A DNA stretch of 64,000 nt from an uncultured Candidatus Saccharibacteria bacterium (GTDB taxonomy: Bacteria; Patescibacteriota; Saccharimonadia; Saccharimonadales; Saccharimonadaceae). The notes below the pieces were generated by a model. That model saw only the letters and a program-made list of their open reading frames with translations. It was not told where the DNA came from and did not search any database. The stretch covers positions 11,602 through 75,601 of the forward strand of contig CAUUVW010000001.1 of the NCBI GenBank assembly GCA_963548735.1, written 5' to 3'. Position numbers and translations under genes: made by a program. This document shows, piece after piece, positions 10,498-20,279 of this stretch (the first letter of the stretch is position 1; each line of letters opens with the position of its first letter).

Positions 10498-12984
10498 TCA
10501 CACCGCTCTGAGGCGTCGATTAGTCGCTACGCCGGACTGAGCCTTGATCACTACCTCATCACCATTAGTCAGATCAGCTCGCACCACTTGCCCTCGCTTG
10601 ATCTTGCCGAGGATTAGCTGATCTGCCAGGACACTCTCCAGCTTATCTTGGATAATCCGACGCAGTGGCCTGGCACCATACTTAGCGTCGTAGCCATGAT
10701 CAATCAGATAGCGCCGTAGCTTCGGCGTGATAGTAAAGGCTATACCCTTGGGCTGGAGACGTCGACTTAGCCGCTCCAGCATGATATTCAAGATCTGACC
10801 GACCTCCTTAGTACCCAGGCCGTTAAATAGCACCACTTTATCAAAACGGTTAATTAGCTCCGGACGCATCGTCTGACGCAGGGCTTTTAGTGCCTTCTCG
10901 CCCCGTAAACGACGATGAGCGTCGGTCGCTTCCTCACCCGAGACAGCATAGCCGACCGATTCCCGACCGAGCTCGCTCGCCCCCACGTTACTGGTCAAGA
11001 TAACGACACAGTTAGAGAAGTCAACCACCTTGCCGTGACCATCGGTCAAGACACCATCCTCCAGGATCTGGAGCAAGATATTAAAGACATCAGGATGAGC
11101 CTTCTCAATCTCATCGAATAGCACCACCGAGTAAGGTTGCCGGCGCACCCGCTCGGTCAGCTGGCCGCCATCGTCGTAGCCGACATAACCGGCCGGCGCT
11201 CCAACCAAACGTGATACGGTATGTCGCTCGGTGTATTCGCTCATATCTACCTTGATCAGGCTCTTATCGGAGCCGAATACCTCTCGAGCCAGCACCCGAG
11301 CCAGTTCCGTTTTGCCCACCCCGGTTGAACCGAGAAAGATAAACGAGCCGATCGGTCGGTGTGGATCACCGATGCCGGCTCGGGAACGCCTGATTGCCTG
11401 AGCCACCGCCTCAATCGCCTGATGCTGACCAATCACCCGGTCGCCAAGCCGCTTCTCTAGATTCGCCAGCTTGGCCGCCTCGGATCGCTTGAGCTGCTCC
11501 AGCGGGACACCGGTCATCTGACTCACCGAGCGAGCTACGTCATTAACCTTGACAGCTACGAAATCACCCTCACTCTGCTTCTTTTCCAGGTGACCGATCA
11601 GATCTTTGAGCTGGCTGAGACGCATCTTGTAGAGAGCGGCATGCTCATAATCTTCCTCAACCACAGCCCGTTCCATGTCTTTGGCTAACTTCTTAGCCTC
11701 TGCTCGATAGGCCATCAACTCCTTAGCCTGCTCACTACCGGCATTAGCAATCCGCACTCGAGCCGCCGTCTCGTCCAGCACATCGATCGCCTTGTCCGGC
11801 TGCTGGCGCTCACTGAGATATCGGTCGCTCAGTCGCACCACTTCACTGATCACATCTTCCGAGATCCGCACGTGATGATATTCCTCATAGCGAGATGCCA
11901 GCCCGGTCAAGATCTTGATCGTGTCGGCTGTGCCGGGTGCTTTAACTACGATCTCTTGTAACCGACGGGCTAGAGCCGTATCCTTCTCGACAAACTTACG
12001 ATATTCGTCACTAGTGGTGGCGCCGATCAGGCGAAACTTACCCCTAGCCAAAGCGGGTTTTAGTAGATTAGCTGCATCCATAGATCCCTCGGCTGAACCC
12101 GCCCCGACCAGTAAGTGAAGCTCATCAATGAAGATGATTACATTATCATCAGTGTCGACCTCTTTGATCAGGCGTTTTAGACGATCCTCAAACTCACCTC
12201 GATATTTCGTTCCTGCCACCATTGCCCCCAGGTCGACCTCCAACAGACGCTTGCGCTGCAAGAAATCAGGCACCTCACCACAGGCGATCTGCCGAGCTAA
12301 GCCCTCTACGACCGCCGTCTTACCGACACCGGCTTCGCCAATCAGCACCGGATTATTCTTCGTCTTGCGACTAATAATGGTGATCAAGCGATCTATCTCC
12401 GCTTGACGCCCGATCACCGGGTCAAGCTGACCGGCCTGCGCCAGCCTGGTCAAGTCAGTCGTATATCTACTGAGGAACGAACCGCCAGCCCGGCCATCTT
12501 TGTGTCCCGACTGCGCCTCGCCCGCTTCGACATAAGACGGCTTATCGTCCTGCAGAAAACGAGTGATGTGATTCATCAGTTCGTCGATATCGACACCCTG
12601 CTGCTCCAGCAGTACACCGGCCTTAGCTCCCCTTTGGCAGATCATACAAAATAGTAGGTAGGTAGTATCACAGCTGCTTTCGCCCGCTTCCTCGGCTAGA
12701 CGAACCGCCATATTAACCGTCACCTTCACCGTACCGGACGGCTCAATGGAAATCGGTCCATTCGAGACAACGATGCCCGGCTTCAGCTTGATCGCCAGTC
12801 GGATAGGCTCAGGGTCAACATTCATTTCTCTCAGCAGAGTAGCCGCCGGAGTCTCATCCTGGCCAATGATCGCTAGAAGCAAGTGGCTAGTCTCCAGCTT
12901 AGGAGACCTGGTTAAGTGCGCCAGTAGCTCAGCCTGCTTCAAGGCAGCTCGAGCATCATCAGCTAGTCGGTCAAAGTAATCCAT
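10498..12984 (-). CDS. clpC: ATP-dependent Clp protease ATPase subunit ClpC
   Basis: Clp N-domain, two AAA+ modules ([16 protein letters not shown]), short UVR-like middle domain (EDYEHAA). Confidence 0.92.
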   Translation of the reverse strand: MDYFDRLADDARAALKQAELLAHLTRSPKLETSHLLLAIIGQDETPAATLLREMNVDPEPIRLAIKLKPGIVVSNGPISIEPSGTVKVTVNMAVRLAEEAGESSCDTTYLLFCMICQRGAKAGVLLEQQGVDIDELMNHITRFLQDDKPSYVEAGEAQSGHKDGRAGGSFLSRYTTDLTRLAQAGQLDPVIGRQAEIDRLITIISRKTKNNPVLIGEAGVGKTAVVEGLARQIACGEVPDFLQRKRLLEVDLGAMVAGTKYRGEFEDRLKRLIKEVDTDDNVIIFIDELHLLVGAGSAEGSMDAANLLKPALARGKFRLIGATTSDEYRKFVEKDTALARRLQEIVVKAPGTADTIKILTGLASRYEEYHHVRISEDVISEVVRLSDRYLSERQQPDKAIDVLDETAARVRIANAGSEQAKELMAYRAEAKKLAKDMERAVVEEDYEHAALYKMRLSQLKDLIGHLEKKQSEGDFVAVKVNDVARSVSQMTGVPLEQLKRSEAAKLANLEKRLGDRVIGQHQAIEAVAQAIRRSRAGIGDPHRPIGSFIFLGSTGVGKTELARVLAREVFGSDKSLIKVDMSEYTERHTVSRLVGAPAGYVGYDDGGQLTERVRRQPYSVVLFDEIEKAHPDVFNILLQILEDGVLTDGHGKVVDFSNCVVILTSNVGASELGRESVGYAVSGEEATDAHRRLRGEKALKALRQTMRPELINRFDKVVLFNGLGTKEVGQILNIMLERLSRRLQPKGIAFTITPKLRRYLIDHGYDAKYGARPLRRIIQDKLESVLADQLILGKIKRGQVVRADLTNGDEVVIKAQSGVATNRRLRAV

Positions 12985-13001
12985 GTTTCAATGATAACAA
13001 A

Positions 13002-13028
13002 TTAGCACTCTATCAACAAGAGTGCTAA
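13002..13028. promoter_or_regulatory. CIRCE element (HrcA operator) upstream of clpC
   Basis: Exact TTAGCACTC-N9-GAGTGCTAA. Confidence 0.95.
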
Positions 13029-13033
13029 CTATC

Positions 13034-14074
13034 TTATTCCGTTACGATATCAATTTCATAACCGGTCAGCTGAGAAGCCAAACGAACATTCTGCCCCTGT
13101 CGCCCGATAGCGACTGACTGTTGCGCCTCGGTCACATATACGGTAGCTGTTTTATCTGATTCATTAACATCGATTCGGCTAATCTCCGCCGGGCTTAGGG
13201 CATTAGCAATGTAGTTACGGATATCATGGTCGTAGGTGATGATATCGATCTTTTCCGTGTCGCCAATCTCGTTCATCACTGCCTGAACCCGTACGCCTTT
13301 CGTCCCGACAAAAGTCCCCACCGGATCAATATCGCTACTGCTACTATAGACAGCGATCTTAGTGCGTCGCCCCGCCTCTCTGGCGATCGCCTTGATCTCG
13401 ACCGTGCCCGTCTCAATCTCGGGCACTTCCTGAAGGAACAAGAGTTTAACGAACTGAGCGTCAGCCCGAGACAAGATGATGGTCGGACCACGGTTGCTGT
13501 CTCGATCAATATTCTTCAGCAGAGCTCGGATACGACTGCCGGTCACCAAATGCTCCCCCGGGATCTGCTCGCTACCGGGCATAATTCCCTCGCCATGCCC
13601 CAGATCCAGTCGGATCACTCTCGACTCTACCCGGATCACCGTACCGGTAATGATCTTACCGATCTTACTACCATATTCATTCGCCATAGTCTCCCGCTCA
13701 AACTCCCGCAGCTTCTGCAAGAGTACTTGCTTGGCAGTCTGAGCCGCCACCCGTCCGAAGCTCTTAGCTTCAAACTCCTGCTCAATCACGCCGCCGAGCA
13801 GAGCTTTTTTGTCTATCTTCTTTGCTTCCTCTAGAGTGATCTGACCTATCCCCTCAGGGGTCTCAACTACGTCATAATGAACGATCACCTTGGCGGTGCC
13901 GTCTTCTCGGTTAAGCTCAGCTCGCACGTTCATCTCTCTAGTGCCATTGTCTCGGCGCCAGGCAGCCGCAATCGCCGCCTCCACCGCCTGCATTACCTCG
14001 TCTTCGGAGAGATTCTTCTCGTCGGCAATTGAATGCACCATCGTGATCATTTGTTTGATATCCAGCCCTTCCAT
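13034..14074 (-). CDS. nusA: Transcription termination/antitermination factor NusA, short form without acidic repeats
   Basis: FGRVAAQTAKQV, S1 and KH domains, AIGRQGQNVRLAS. Confidence 0.97.
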   Translation of the reverse strand: MEGLDIKQMITMVHSIADEKNLSEDEVMQAVEAAIAAAWRRDNGTREMNVRAELNREDGTAKVIVHYDVVETPEGIGQITLEEAKKIDKKALLGGVIEQEFEAKSFGRVAAQTAKQVLLQKLREFERETMANEYGSKIGKIITGTVIRVESRVIRLDLGHGEGIMPGSEQIPGEHLVTGSRIRALLKNIDRDSNRGPTIILSRADAQFVKLLFLQEVPEIETGTVEIKAIAREAGRRTKIAVYSSSSDIDPVGTFVGTKGVRVQAVMNEIGDTEKIDIITYDHDIRNYIANALSPAEISRIDVNESDKTATVYVTEAQQSVAIGRQGQNVRLASQLTGYEIDIVTE

Positions 14075-14091
14075 ACATCTCCCTTCTGATT

Positions 14092-14115
14092 AAAAAGTCC
14101 GACCTGCCGGCCGGA
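14092..14115 (-). promoter_or_regulatory. Terminator-like hairpin in the nusA leader
   Basis: Minus strand TCCGGCC-GGCA-GGTCGGA followed by CTTTTT, between a TGCTAATAT -10-like element and the nusA SD. Confidence 0.6.
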
Positions 14116-14168
14116 TCTGATACTAGTATATTAGCAGACCGGCCACCATCACGCAATACGCTCGGACA

Positions 14169-15443
14169 CTACGAGGCATCTTCCTCTTTAACGCTGTCGT
14201 CATTATTGGCCTCGGTTTGAGGCTCAGACTGAGCCTCTGTCTCAGCCGGCTCAGCCTTACCGGCTTCGTCATCAGCCGGTTCGTCTTCCTTCAGCTGACC
14301 CGTCGGAGTGATAGCGGTCGTCGAGACCAGCTTGGTCCCAGTCCATCGCTCATAAAAGAGCGGTCGCCGAGCCAAAGCCCTGATCAGCTGAACCAGCACA
14401 AAGAAACCATAGCCCGCCAACACCACTATCGATAGGATCGTTGTTCCTTCACTGTTAATCAGTCCATGAGTGTCCAGCCAGATCACGCCACTCATCACTG
14501 CATAGGGAACTGCCACCATAACGATGGCGATAATAACTATCCGCATGATCAGCTGATACCAACGAGCCGGCTTACCCCTAAGGCGAGCTACCTGCATCCG
14601 AGTCAGCTTTTGTCCAACTGTCTGACTGTTAAAGACGATCGGCAAGAAAGCAAAATAGCCGAAGATCGGCAAACCGACCGTTATCACGTCCGAAATAGCA
14701 CTAGAGTGCCTTCCCGCCAGATTTAGCCCTAGATTGACCGCCATCACTAACCCACCGGCACAGACTGCATCACAAAATAGCGCCACTAAACGCCTGAGAA
14801 GCGACACTTTCCGACTGCGTCGATAGCTGGCTCGATTAATATCGGCTCGACTAGGCAAGAACTTGGCTAGCGGGATTGCCGCCAGGTAGCCTAGGAATCC
14901 ACCCAGGGTATTCATCATCAGATCATCGACATCAAACAGCCGATAGCTCCGGGGATAAATGAAGTATAGTCCTGTCAGCTGGGTTAACTCAAAGAAGAGC
15001 GACAAACCTAGTGAGGCGATCACTACCCGACGCCGCTTATAGCCAAAATAATAATGCAGGTAGACACCGAACGGCACGAACATCAGCAGATTCATCAACG
15101 CTTGATAAGTAGCCTTATTAGCGATAATCGACTTCACCGCACTGAGCAGGTCGCCACCCAGTGCACCCGCTTCCCGTCCGATATCGCCGATAAAAGCAAA
15201 AGGTACCAGCTGAAGCCTGGGGCCGGTCAGCTTGGCAACATATTCCCGACCGGGCAGGGGCATGATAACCAGAAAATAGCAACACAGCAGGTATAAGATA
15301 AATGAGTAAATAATCGGCACCCTAAGCCCCAGCACCGAACCGTATTTACGGTAGCAGTAGATTAGATAAGGTAGCGTCACTACCGCCGCCAGTATCGGGA
15401 AGGCAATCATCGCTTGCCATACCACATGTTGATATTGTGCCAT
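14169..15443 (-). CDS. VanZ-family membrane protein fused to an RDD domain
   Basis: NLLMFVPFG, FELTQL, FDVDDLMMNTLG (VanZ); RRLVALFCD and QTVGQK (RDD). Confidence 0.85.
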   Translation of the reverse strand: MAQYQHVVWQAMIAFPILAAVVTLPYLIYCYRKYGSVLGLRVPIIYSFILYLLCCYFLVIMPLPGREYVAKLTGPRLQLVPFAFIGDIGREAGALGGDLLSAVKSIIANKATYQALMNLLMFVPFGVYLHYYFGYKRRRVVIASLGLSLFFELTQLTGLYFIYPRSYRLFDVDDLMMNTLGGFLGYLAAIPLAKFLPSRADINRASYRRSRKVSLLRRLVALFCDAVCAGGLVMAVNLGLNLAGRHSSAISDVITVGLPIFGYFAFLPIVFNSQTVGQKLTRMQVARLRGKPARWYQLIMRIVIIAIVMVAVPYAVMSGVIWLDTHGLINSEGTTILSIVVLAGYGFFVLVQLIRALARRPLFYERWTGTKLVSTTAITPTGQLKEDEPADDEAGKAEPAETEAQSEPQTEANNDDSVKEEDAS

Positions 15444-15466
15444 CGCACCTATTGTACAATATAATT

Positions 15467-17947
15467 ATGGGGAAGATTAGACGATTGTTAGATTATTTTG
15501 TGCCACAGCACTATCAGTTGCAATTGAACATAGAGCCGGAGCAGTCACACTTCAGTGGACAAGTCACCGTAATAGGAGAGACTGTCGGCAAGCAGGCCAG
15601 ACTACACAGTGAAGATCTGGATATCTTATCGGTCGAAACGGAGCGAAACGATAGTCCCGACTGGCGATTAAGTGAAGACGAGCTTATCATTGACGACACC
15701 GCCAATGAGATTACCGTCCAGTTTCAAGGACGGCTTAGCGATACAGCCATGAATGGGCTGTATCTCTGTAAATATCGTCAGGACAGGCATACTTGCCGCT
15801 TGTTTGCCACTCAGTTTGAGTCACACTATGCCAGAAAATGCTTCCCCTGTATTGATGAGCCGTCAGCCAAAGCTACCTTTGACTTATCCATTACCGTTAA
15901 CAGTCCCGACGTGCAGACTGTCCTATCCAACATGCCCGGCGAACAGGTCAATCATACCTGGCGTTTTCAGACTACACCCAAGATGTCGACTTATTTGCTG
16001 GCTTTTGTCGGCGGTAACTTTGTCAGCAAATCCGACCGGACTAAGCGAGGTGTCAAAGTCAATGTCTATGCCACCCCGGCTCAACCGACCGGATTGCTGA
16101 ACTACGCCTTAGATACAGCCGTCAAGTCGGTTGAATTTTACGAGGACTATTTCGGAATCGACTATCCTCTACCCAAACTGGATAACGTAGCACTACCCGA
16201 CTTCTCTGCCGGAGCGATGGAGAACTGGGGGCTGATCACTTATCGAGAGTCGGCGATGCTGGCAGACAACAACTCCGCCGTAGACACCCGAGAGTCCGTC
16301 GCCATCACTATCACTCACGAGATCGCCCACCAATGGTTCGGCAATTTAGTGACGATGGCGTGGTGGGATGATCTCTGGCTCAACGAAAGCTTCGCCAGTT
16401 TGATGGAGCATATTGTAACCGACCGGCTACACCCTGAGTATCACGTCATGGATGACTTCCAGGCTAGCGATGTCTTTTACGCTCTGACCCGAGACTCTCT
16501 CGCCGGCGTCCAAGCCGTCCGGCAGACGGTCGGCTCGCCTGACGAGATCGCCACCTTGTTTGACGGAGCGATCGTCTATATCAAGGGAGAAAGACTGATG
16601 AAGATGCTCCGCCGATTGATCGGCGAAGAGCAGTTCCGTCGAGCCCTCAGACACTACTTTACTAAGCACAAGTATGGCAATACTGTTGCCGACGACCTGT
16701 GGCAAGCAATGTCTGAAGTTAGTAAACTGGATATCGCTCAGCTGATGAAGTCGTGGCTGACTGAGCCGGGCTACCCGATTATCACCGCCGACCTAATTGA
16801 GCCAAAGAGACTCCGCCTAAAACAGGCTCCCTTGCACGCCGACTCACCCGTTGAGACTCGCCCCGTACCCCTATTTTGCAATCTGCCGGACGTGCCTAAG
16901 TTAATGACCGAACCGGAGATCGTTCTGGATGTACCGACTGATCAAATAATTCAGCTCAATGTCGGTGGCGACGGTCACTATCTGACCGAATACGATGATC
17001 AGCTCTTCACCGGGCTACGCCGACGATTTAGCAACCTTGGTACTATCGACAAGATTGAGCTTCTCCAAGAATCATTCTTCCTATCTCAGCTCGGTCGTTG
17101 CGACATCAGCCAACAATTAGATCTGCTAAGCGAGGCCGGACATGAGACTAATCAAGCGATGATCGGCAAGGTGGCCGGGCTGACTGCCGGGCTGGATCGA
17201 TTGGTTGACCTAAATTCAGACGAACAAACCGCGCTGAGACAATTCGTCTCCGGTTTATTCAAAGGTCAATTTACCCGCATCTTCCAAGGCCGTACAGACG
17301 ATATTAATGACACTAAGGCTCGACCCATCGTCTTGTCCAGACTGGTCTATGCCCGGGATGGACAGGCGATCGCCTACTGCGACGATCTCTACCAACAGCA
17401 CGTTGCGGATATCAGCCAAATCGACAGTAACCTCCGATCGGTCGTTCTCTCAGCCGAGGTCAGGCTAGCTCGACCGGGCGTTTTTGATCAGCTATGGGAA
17501 CTCTATCTCTCGGTCCAAGATGTCGAATTGCGTCTGGACATCTGTAGTGCTTTAACCGCAACTACTGACCTCAGTCAAGCTGACAAGCTACTGACCGGCT
17601 CAACTGTAACCACGCTGATTCGACCACAAGATAATTACTACTTCATCAGCGGATTAATGGTCAACCGATATACCCGTTCGACCGCTTGGTGTTGGATCAG
17701 ACATAATTGGTCATGGATCGAGGAAGTCTTCGGCGGCGATATGAATTACGACAGTTACGTCCAAGTCGCCGGGCATCATCTCAGTACCGATGATCAGCTA
17801 GTTGAATACGATAATTTCTTTAGGGGCATCAATGCGCCGGCTCTTAGTCGGACAATCAAGCTTGGGCACAACGATATCGTCCGTCGTCTCCGCTGGATCA
17901 AACGTAATCAGCCCATCCTAACGGACTTTCTCCGGCAAAGGTTATAG
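15467..17947 (+). CDS. pepN: M1-family aminopeptidase (PepN-like) with ERAP1-like C-terminal domain
   Basis: GAMEN and HEIAH-x18-E motifs; start moved to ATG 15467 to avoid overlapping the divergent gene. Confidence 0.92.
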   Translation: MGKIRRLLDYFVPQHYQLQLNIEPEQSHFSGQVTVIGETVGKQARLHSEDLDILSVETERNDSPDWRLSEDELIIDDTANEITVQFQGRLSDTAMNGLYLCKYRQDRHTCRLFATQFESHYARKCFPCIDEPSAKATFDLSITVNSPDVQTVLSNMPGEQVNHTWRFQTTPKMSTYLLAFVGGNFVSKSDRTKRGVKVNVYATPAQPTGLLNYALDTAVKSVEFYEDYFGIDYPLPKLDNVALPDFSAGAMENWGLITYRESAMLADNNSAVDTRESVAITITHEIAHQWFGNLVTMAWWDDLWLNESFASLMEHIVTDRLHPEYHVMDDFQASDVFYALTRDSLAGVQAVRQTVGSPDEIATLFDGAIVYIKGERLMKMLRRLIGEEQFRRALRHYFTKHKYGNTVADDLWQAMSEVSKLDIAQLMKSWLTEPGYPIITADLIEPKRLRLKQAPLHADSPVETRPVPLFCNLPDVPKLMTEPEIVLDVPTDQIIQLNVGGDGHYLTEYDDQLFTGLRRRFSNLGTIDKIELLQESFFLSQLGRCDISQQLDLLSEAGHETNQAMIGKVAGLTAGLDRLVDLNSDEQTALRQFVSGLFKGQFTRIFQGRTDDINDTKARPIVLSRLVYARDGQAIAYCDDLYQQHVADISQIDSNLRSVVLSAEVRLARPGVFDQLWELYLSVQDVELRLDICSALTATTDLSQADKLLTGSTVTTLIRPQDNYYFISGLMVNRYTRSTAWCWIRHNWSWIEEVFGGDMNYDSYVQVAGHHLSTDDQLVEYDNFFRGINAPALSRTIKLGHNDIVRRLRWIKRNQPILTDFLRQRL

Positions 17948-17971
17948 CCCTCCCGTCGAAACGAGAGGGCT
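17946..17971. terminator. Hairpin between convergent genes
   Basis: Minus strand AGCCCTCTCGT-TTCG-ACGGGAGGGCT. Confidence 0.55.
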
Positions 17972-17989
17972 TAGGTGGAAGTAGACCGG

Positions 17990-18667
17990 CTAGTCAGCCA
18001 GTCTGCTCCACGGAGGTAACTTGCGGTAGTGAAGGTCGCCTTCCAGGTATGATGCCAGCTCCCGATAAGTGCGACCGGCTAGTGCCGCCCCTTCAACCAG
18101 GTTGCAACACCGCCCCAGTAGCAGACTGGTACTATCAAGCACCTCCTCAAATTTTCGCTCGGTTAAGTTCTTGAAATTAACCGTCACCAGTCCTTTCAGA
18201 TCACCCTTGTAGACATAAGCATACGCCCGTGCCTCATGATTAAGCTTCAACGAGCTGCCGAGTAAATGCTCAATACGGTAGCGGTTCTTCGCCACTCTCG
18301 GACACTGCGCTTCGCTAAGCCCGGCCGTCATCAGCCGGTACTCCAGGTCAGTCAGCGCCACCGTGGTCACGCCGAAGCGCTCCACATCGTACCTGCTCGG
18401 CTCCTTTACCACCATCAGAGCTTGGCAGGTGTTTTCATTCCTGATCAGACGATACTTGATGCGAGGTCGATCCGTCCCGTCTTCCCGGGGACGACCTACA
18501 TAAATATCCTCGATTTCAGTTCGCCTCAGCCCCTTCAGACTTCTCATCAGATACTTAGTAGCCAGAAAAACTAGTTCATGACCACTATAGTATGCTACCG
18601 AACGACTCGCCCCAGGGACAATCCCTTTTGACCCGGCCATTGCCATCTCCACCTGTGCCATTGCCAT
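17990..18667 (-). CDS. Degenerate CYTH-like (triphosphate tunnel fold) protein
   Basis: IEDIY, R/K-rich strand, RVAKNRY and VYKGDLKGLV resemble the CYTH pattern; GGAGG SD upstream. Confidence 0.5.
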   Translation of the reverse strand: MAMAQVEMAMAGSKGIVPGASRSVAYYSGHELVFLATKYLMRSLKGLRRTEIEDIYVGRPREDGTDRPRIKYRLIRNENTCQALMVVKEPSRYDVERFGVTTVALTDLEYRLMTAGLSEAQCPRVAKNRYRIEHLLGSSLKLNHEARAYAYVYKGDLKGLVTVNFKNLTERKFEEVLDSTSLLLGRCCNLVEGAALAGRTYRELASYLEGDLHYRKLPPWSRLAD

Positions 18668-18731
18668 CGTTACCTCCTAAGGTACGACTATGAATAGTTA
18701 GGTGAATACTACAGCATCACTAGGCAAAGTG

Positions 18732-19688
18732 TCAAACAATAGCGACTTGGTCGTCGACTTGAGGCGGTGTACCGCTGAGTGACATCGCCATCAGCTGCGG
18801 GCTCAACTCCCGACACTGCTGACTCTGCCACAGCAGATACATTTCTGCACCCAAGTGCATTTGGCGTAGCTTGGCAGGCGTAATAGCGTCAAGCCCTTTG
18901 CCATGCCGATCTACCTCCCGATATTTAACTTCAACGAAGTAGATCCGGTCACCTTTCTTCGCTATGATATCGACCTCACAGTACTTGGTCCGCCAATTGC
19001 GGTCAACTATAGTATAGCCCTGTCGCACCAGATAATTCGCCGCTTCCGCCTCCGCCAGCTGACCGGCAGTCTGAGCGGACCGACTCTTGGTCGTTATTTC
19101 CTCACCCAAGAACTGTCGAACCGGTCGAAAGCTCAGTCGATGCACACCGGGGATAACTCCCCGGTCTCGAATCGCCCGCAGGTGGTCTCTAGTACCATAG
19201 CCCATATGTCGCTCAAAGCCATAGCCCGGGTAAAGCTCGGCTAATCGACTCATATAGTGGTCTCTTGCCACCTTAGCCACGATCGAGGCGGCGGAAACCG
19301 CCTGTACCTTGGCATCTGCCTTGACCAGCACAGTCGCCTCCGGGTTGTCTAACAGGTTAATATTGCCATCGATTACCAGGTTATCAGCCTTGTCTCTTAG
19401 CCCAGACGGTAGCTGTCGATAAGCCAGACGAGTCGCTAGCTTTAGCCCTCGGGTCATGCCGATTCGGTCAAGCCGACTAGCATCAACCCAGCCCAGCCCG
19501 ATTCCGAGTGCCCGCTCTTTGATATAGATAGAGCATTCGAGTCGCTTCTTAGGGCTCAGTCGCTTACTGTCAGCCAGACCTTCATACACCGTCCGGTTAT
19601 CCAGAGCCACTGCCCCAACAACAAGTGGTCCGGCTAGCGGACCACGTCCCACCTCATCAATACCAATAACGATACGGCTATTTGTCAT
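18732..19688 (-). CDS. rnhB: Ribonuclease HII fused to a YraN-family (UPF0102) nuclease domain
   Basis: GIDEVGRGPLAGP, DSK, AASIVAKVARD, then G..AE...GY.IVDRNWR...EVDII...FVEVK. Confidence 0.9.
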   Translation of the reverse strand: MTNSRIVIGIDEVGRGPLAGPLVVGAVALDNRTVYEGLADSKRLSPKKRLECSIYIKERALGIGLGWVDASRLDRIGMTRGLKLATRLAYRQLPSGLRDKADNLVIDGNINLLDNPEATVLVKADAKVQAVSAASIVAKVARDHYMSRLAELYPGYGFERHMGYGTRDHLRAIRDRGVIPGVHRLSFRPVRQFLGEEITTKSRSAQTAGQLAEAEAANYLVRQGYTIVDRNWRTKYCEVDIIAKKGDRIYFVEVKYREVDRHGKGLDAITPAKLRQMHLGAEMYLLWQSQQCRELSPQLMAMSLSGTPPQVDDQVAIV

Positions 19689-20193
19689 GGTGACGAGCAG
19701 TCACCTCAGCAGCTTTAGCCTCAAGCTCAGCTTGTTCCTTCGCCTTAGCATCAGCCTTAGCTTCTGCTGCCGCCTTAGCGGTAGCTTTTGCCTCTGCCGC
19801 CGCTTGCTTAGCCGACTCGTCGTCAATATCATTGATGCTCTTGTCAAAAGCTTTGCCGGTCAAACGTGCTGATTTGCCGAAGCGTTGGCGCAAGTAAGAC
19901 AGGTAATTACGACGCACCTTACTCCGCTTGATTACCTCCACCTTCTCGACTAAGGGAGAGTGGAGCAGATACGACTTCTCTACCCCTACCCCGGAAGCAA
20001 TCCGGCGCACCGTAATCCGACTGGTTAGCGAGTTCTTGCGATCCGTCCGGATCACCACTCCTTCAAACATCTGGATGCGACTCTTATTGCCTTCCTGAAT
20101 CTTCTGATAGACTCGCACGGTGTCGCCACTGCGAACATCAACGACCGCCGGCTTCTTCTGAGCATCAGCAATCTCTTTAACTAAATCACTCAT
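19678..20193 (-). CDS. rplS: 50S ribosomal protein bL19 with an Ala/Lys/Glu-rich C-terminal extension
   Basis: GDTVRV, RIQMFEGVVI, GVGVEK, KVRRNYLSYLR. Confidence 0.97.
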   Translation of the reverse strand: MSDLVKEIADAQKKPAVVDVRSGDTVRVYQKIQEGNKSRIQMFEGVVIRTDRKNSLTSRITVRRIASGVGVEKSYLLHSPLVEKVEVIKRSKVRRNYLSYLRQRFGKSARLTGKAFDKSINDIDDESAKQAAAEAKATAKAAAEAKADAKAKEQAELEAKAAEVTARHHDK

Positions 20194-20279
20194 AGCACTC
20201 CTAATAACTTAGACTTAATCTCTCACATATATTACCACATATGGTCATGATGGCAAAAAGATAGCAGCAAACAGCTCTA

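Noticed and set aside
13226..13834. Long antisense ORFs (202 aa opposite nusA; also 53134-53658, 40407-40814 and others)
   Set aside because: Shadow frames of well-conserved genes with no independent motifs
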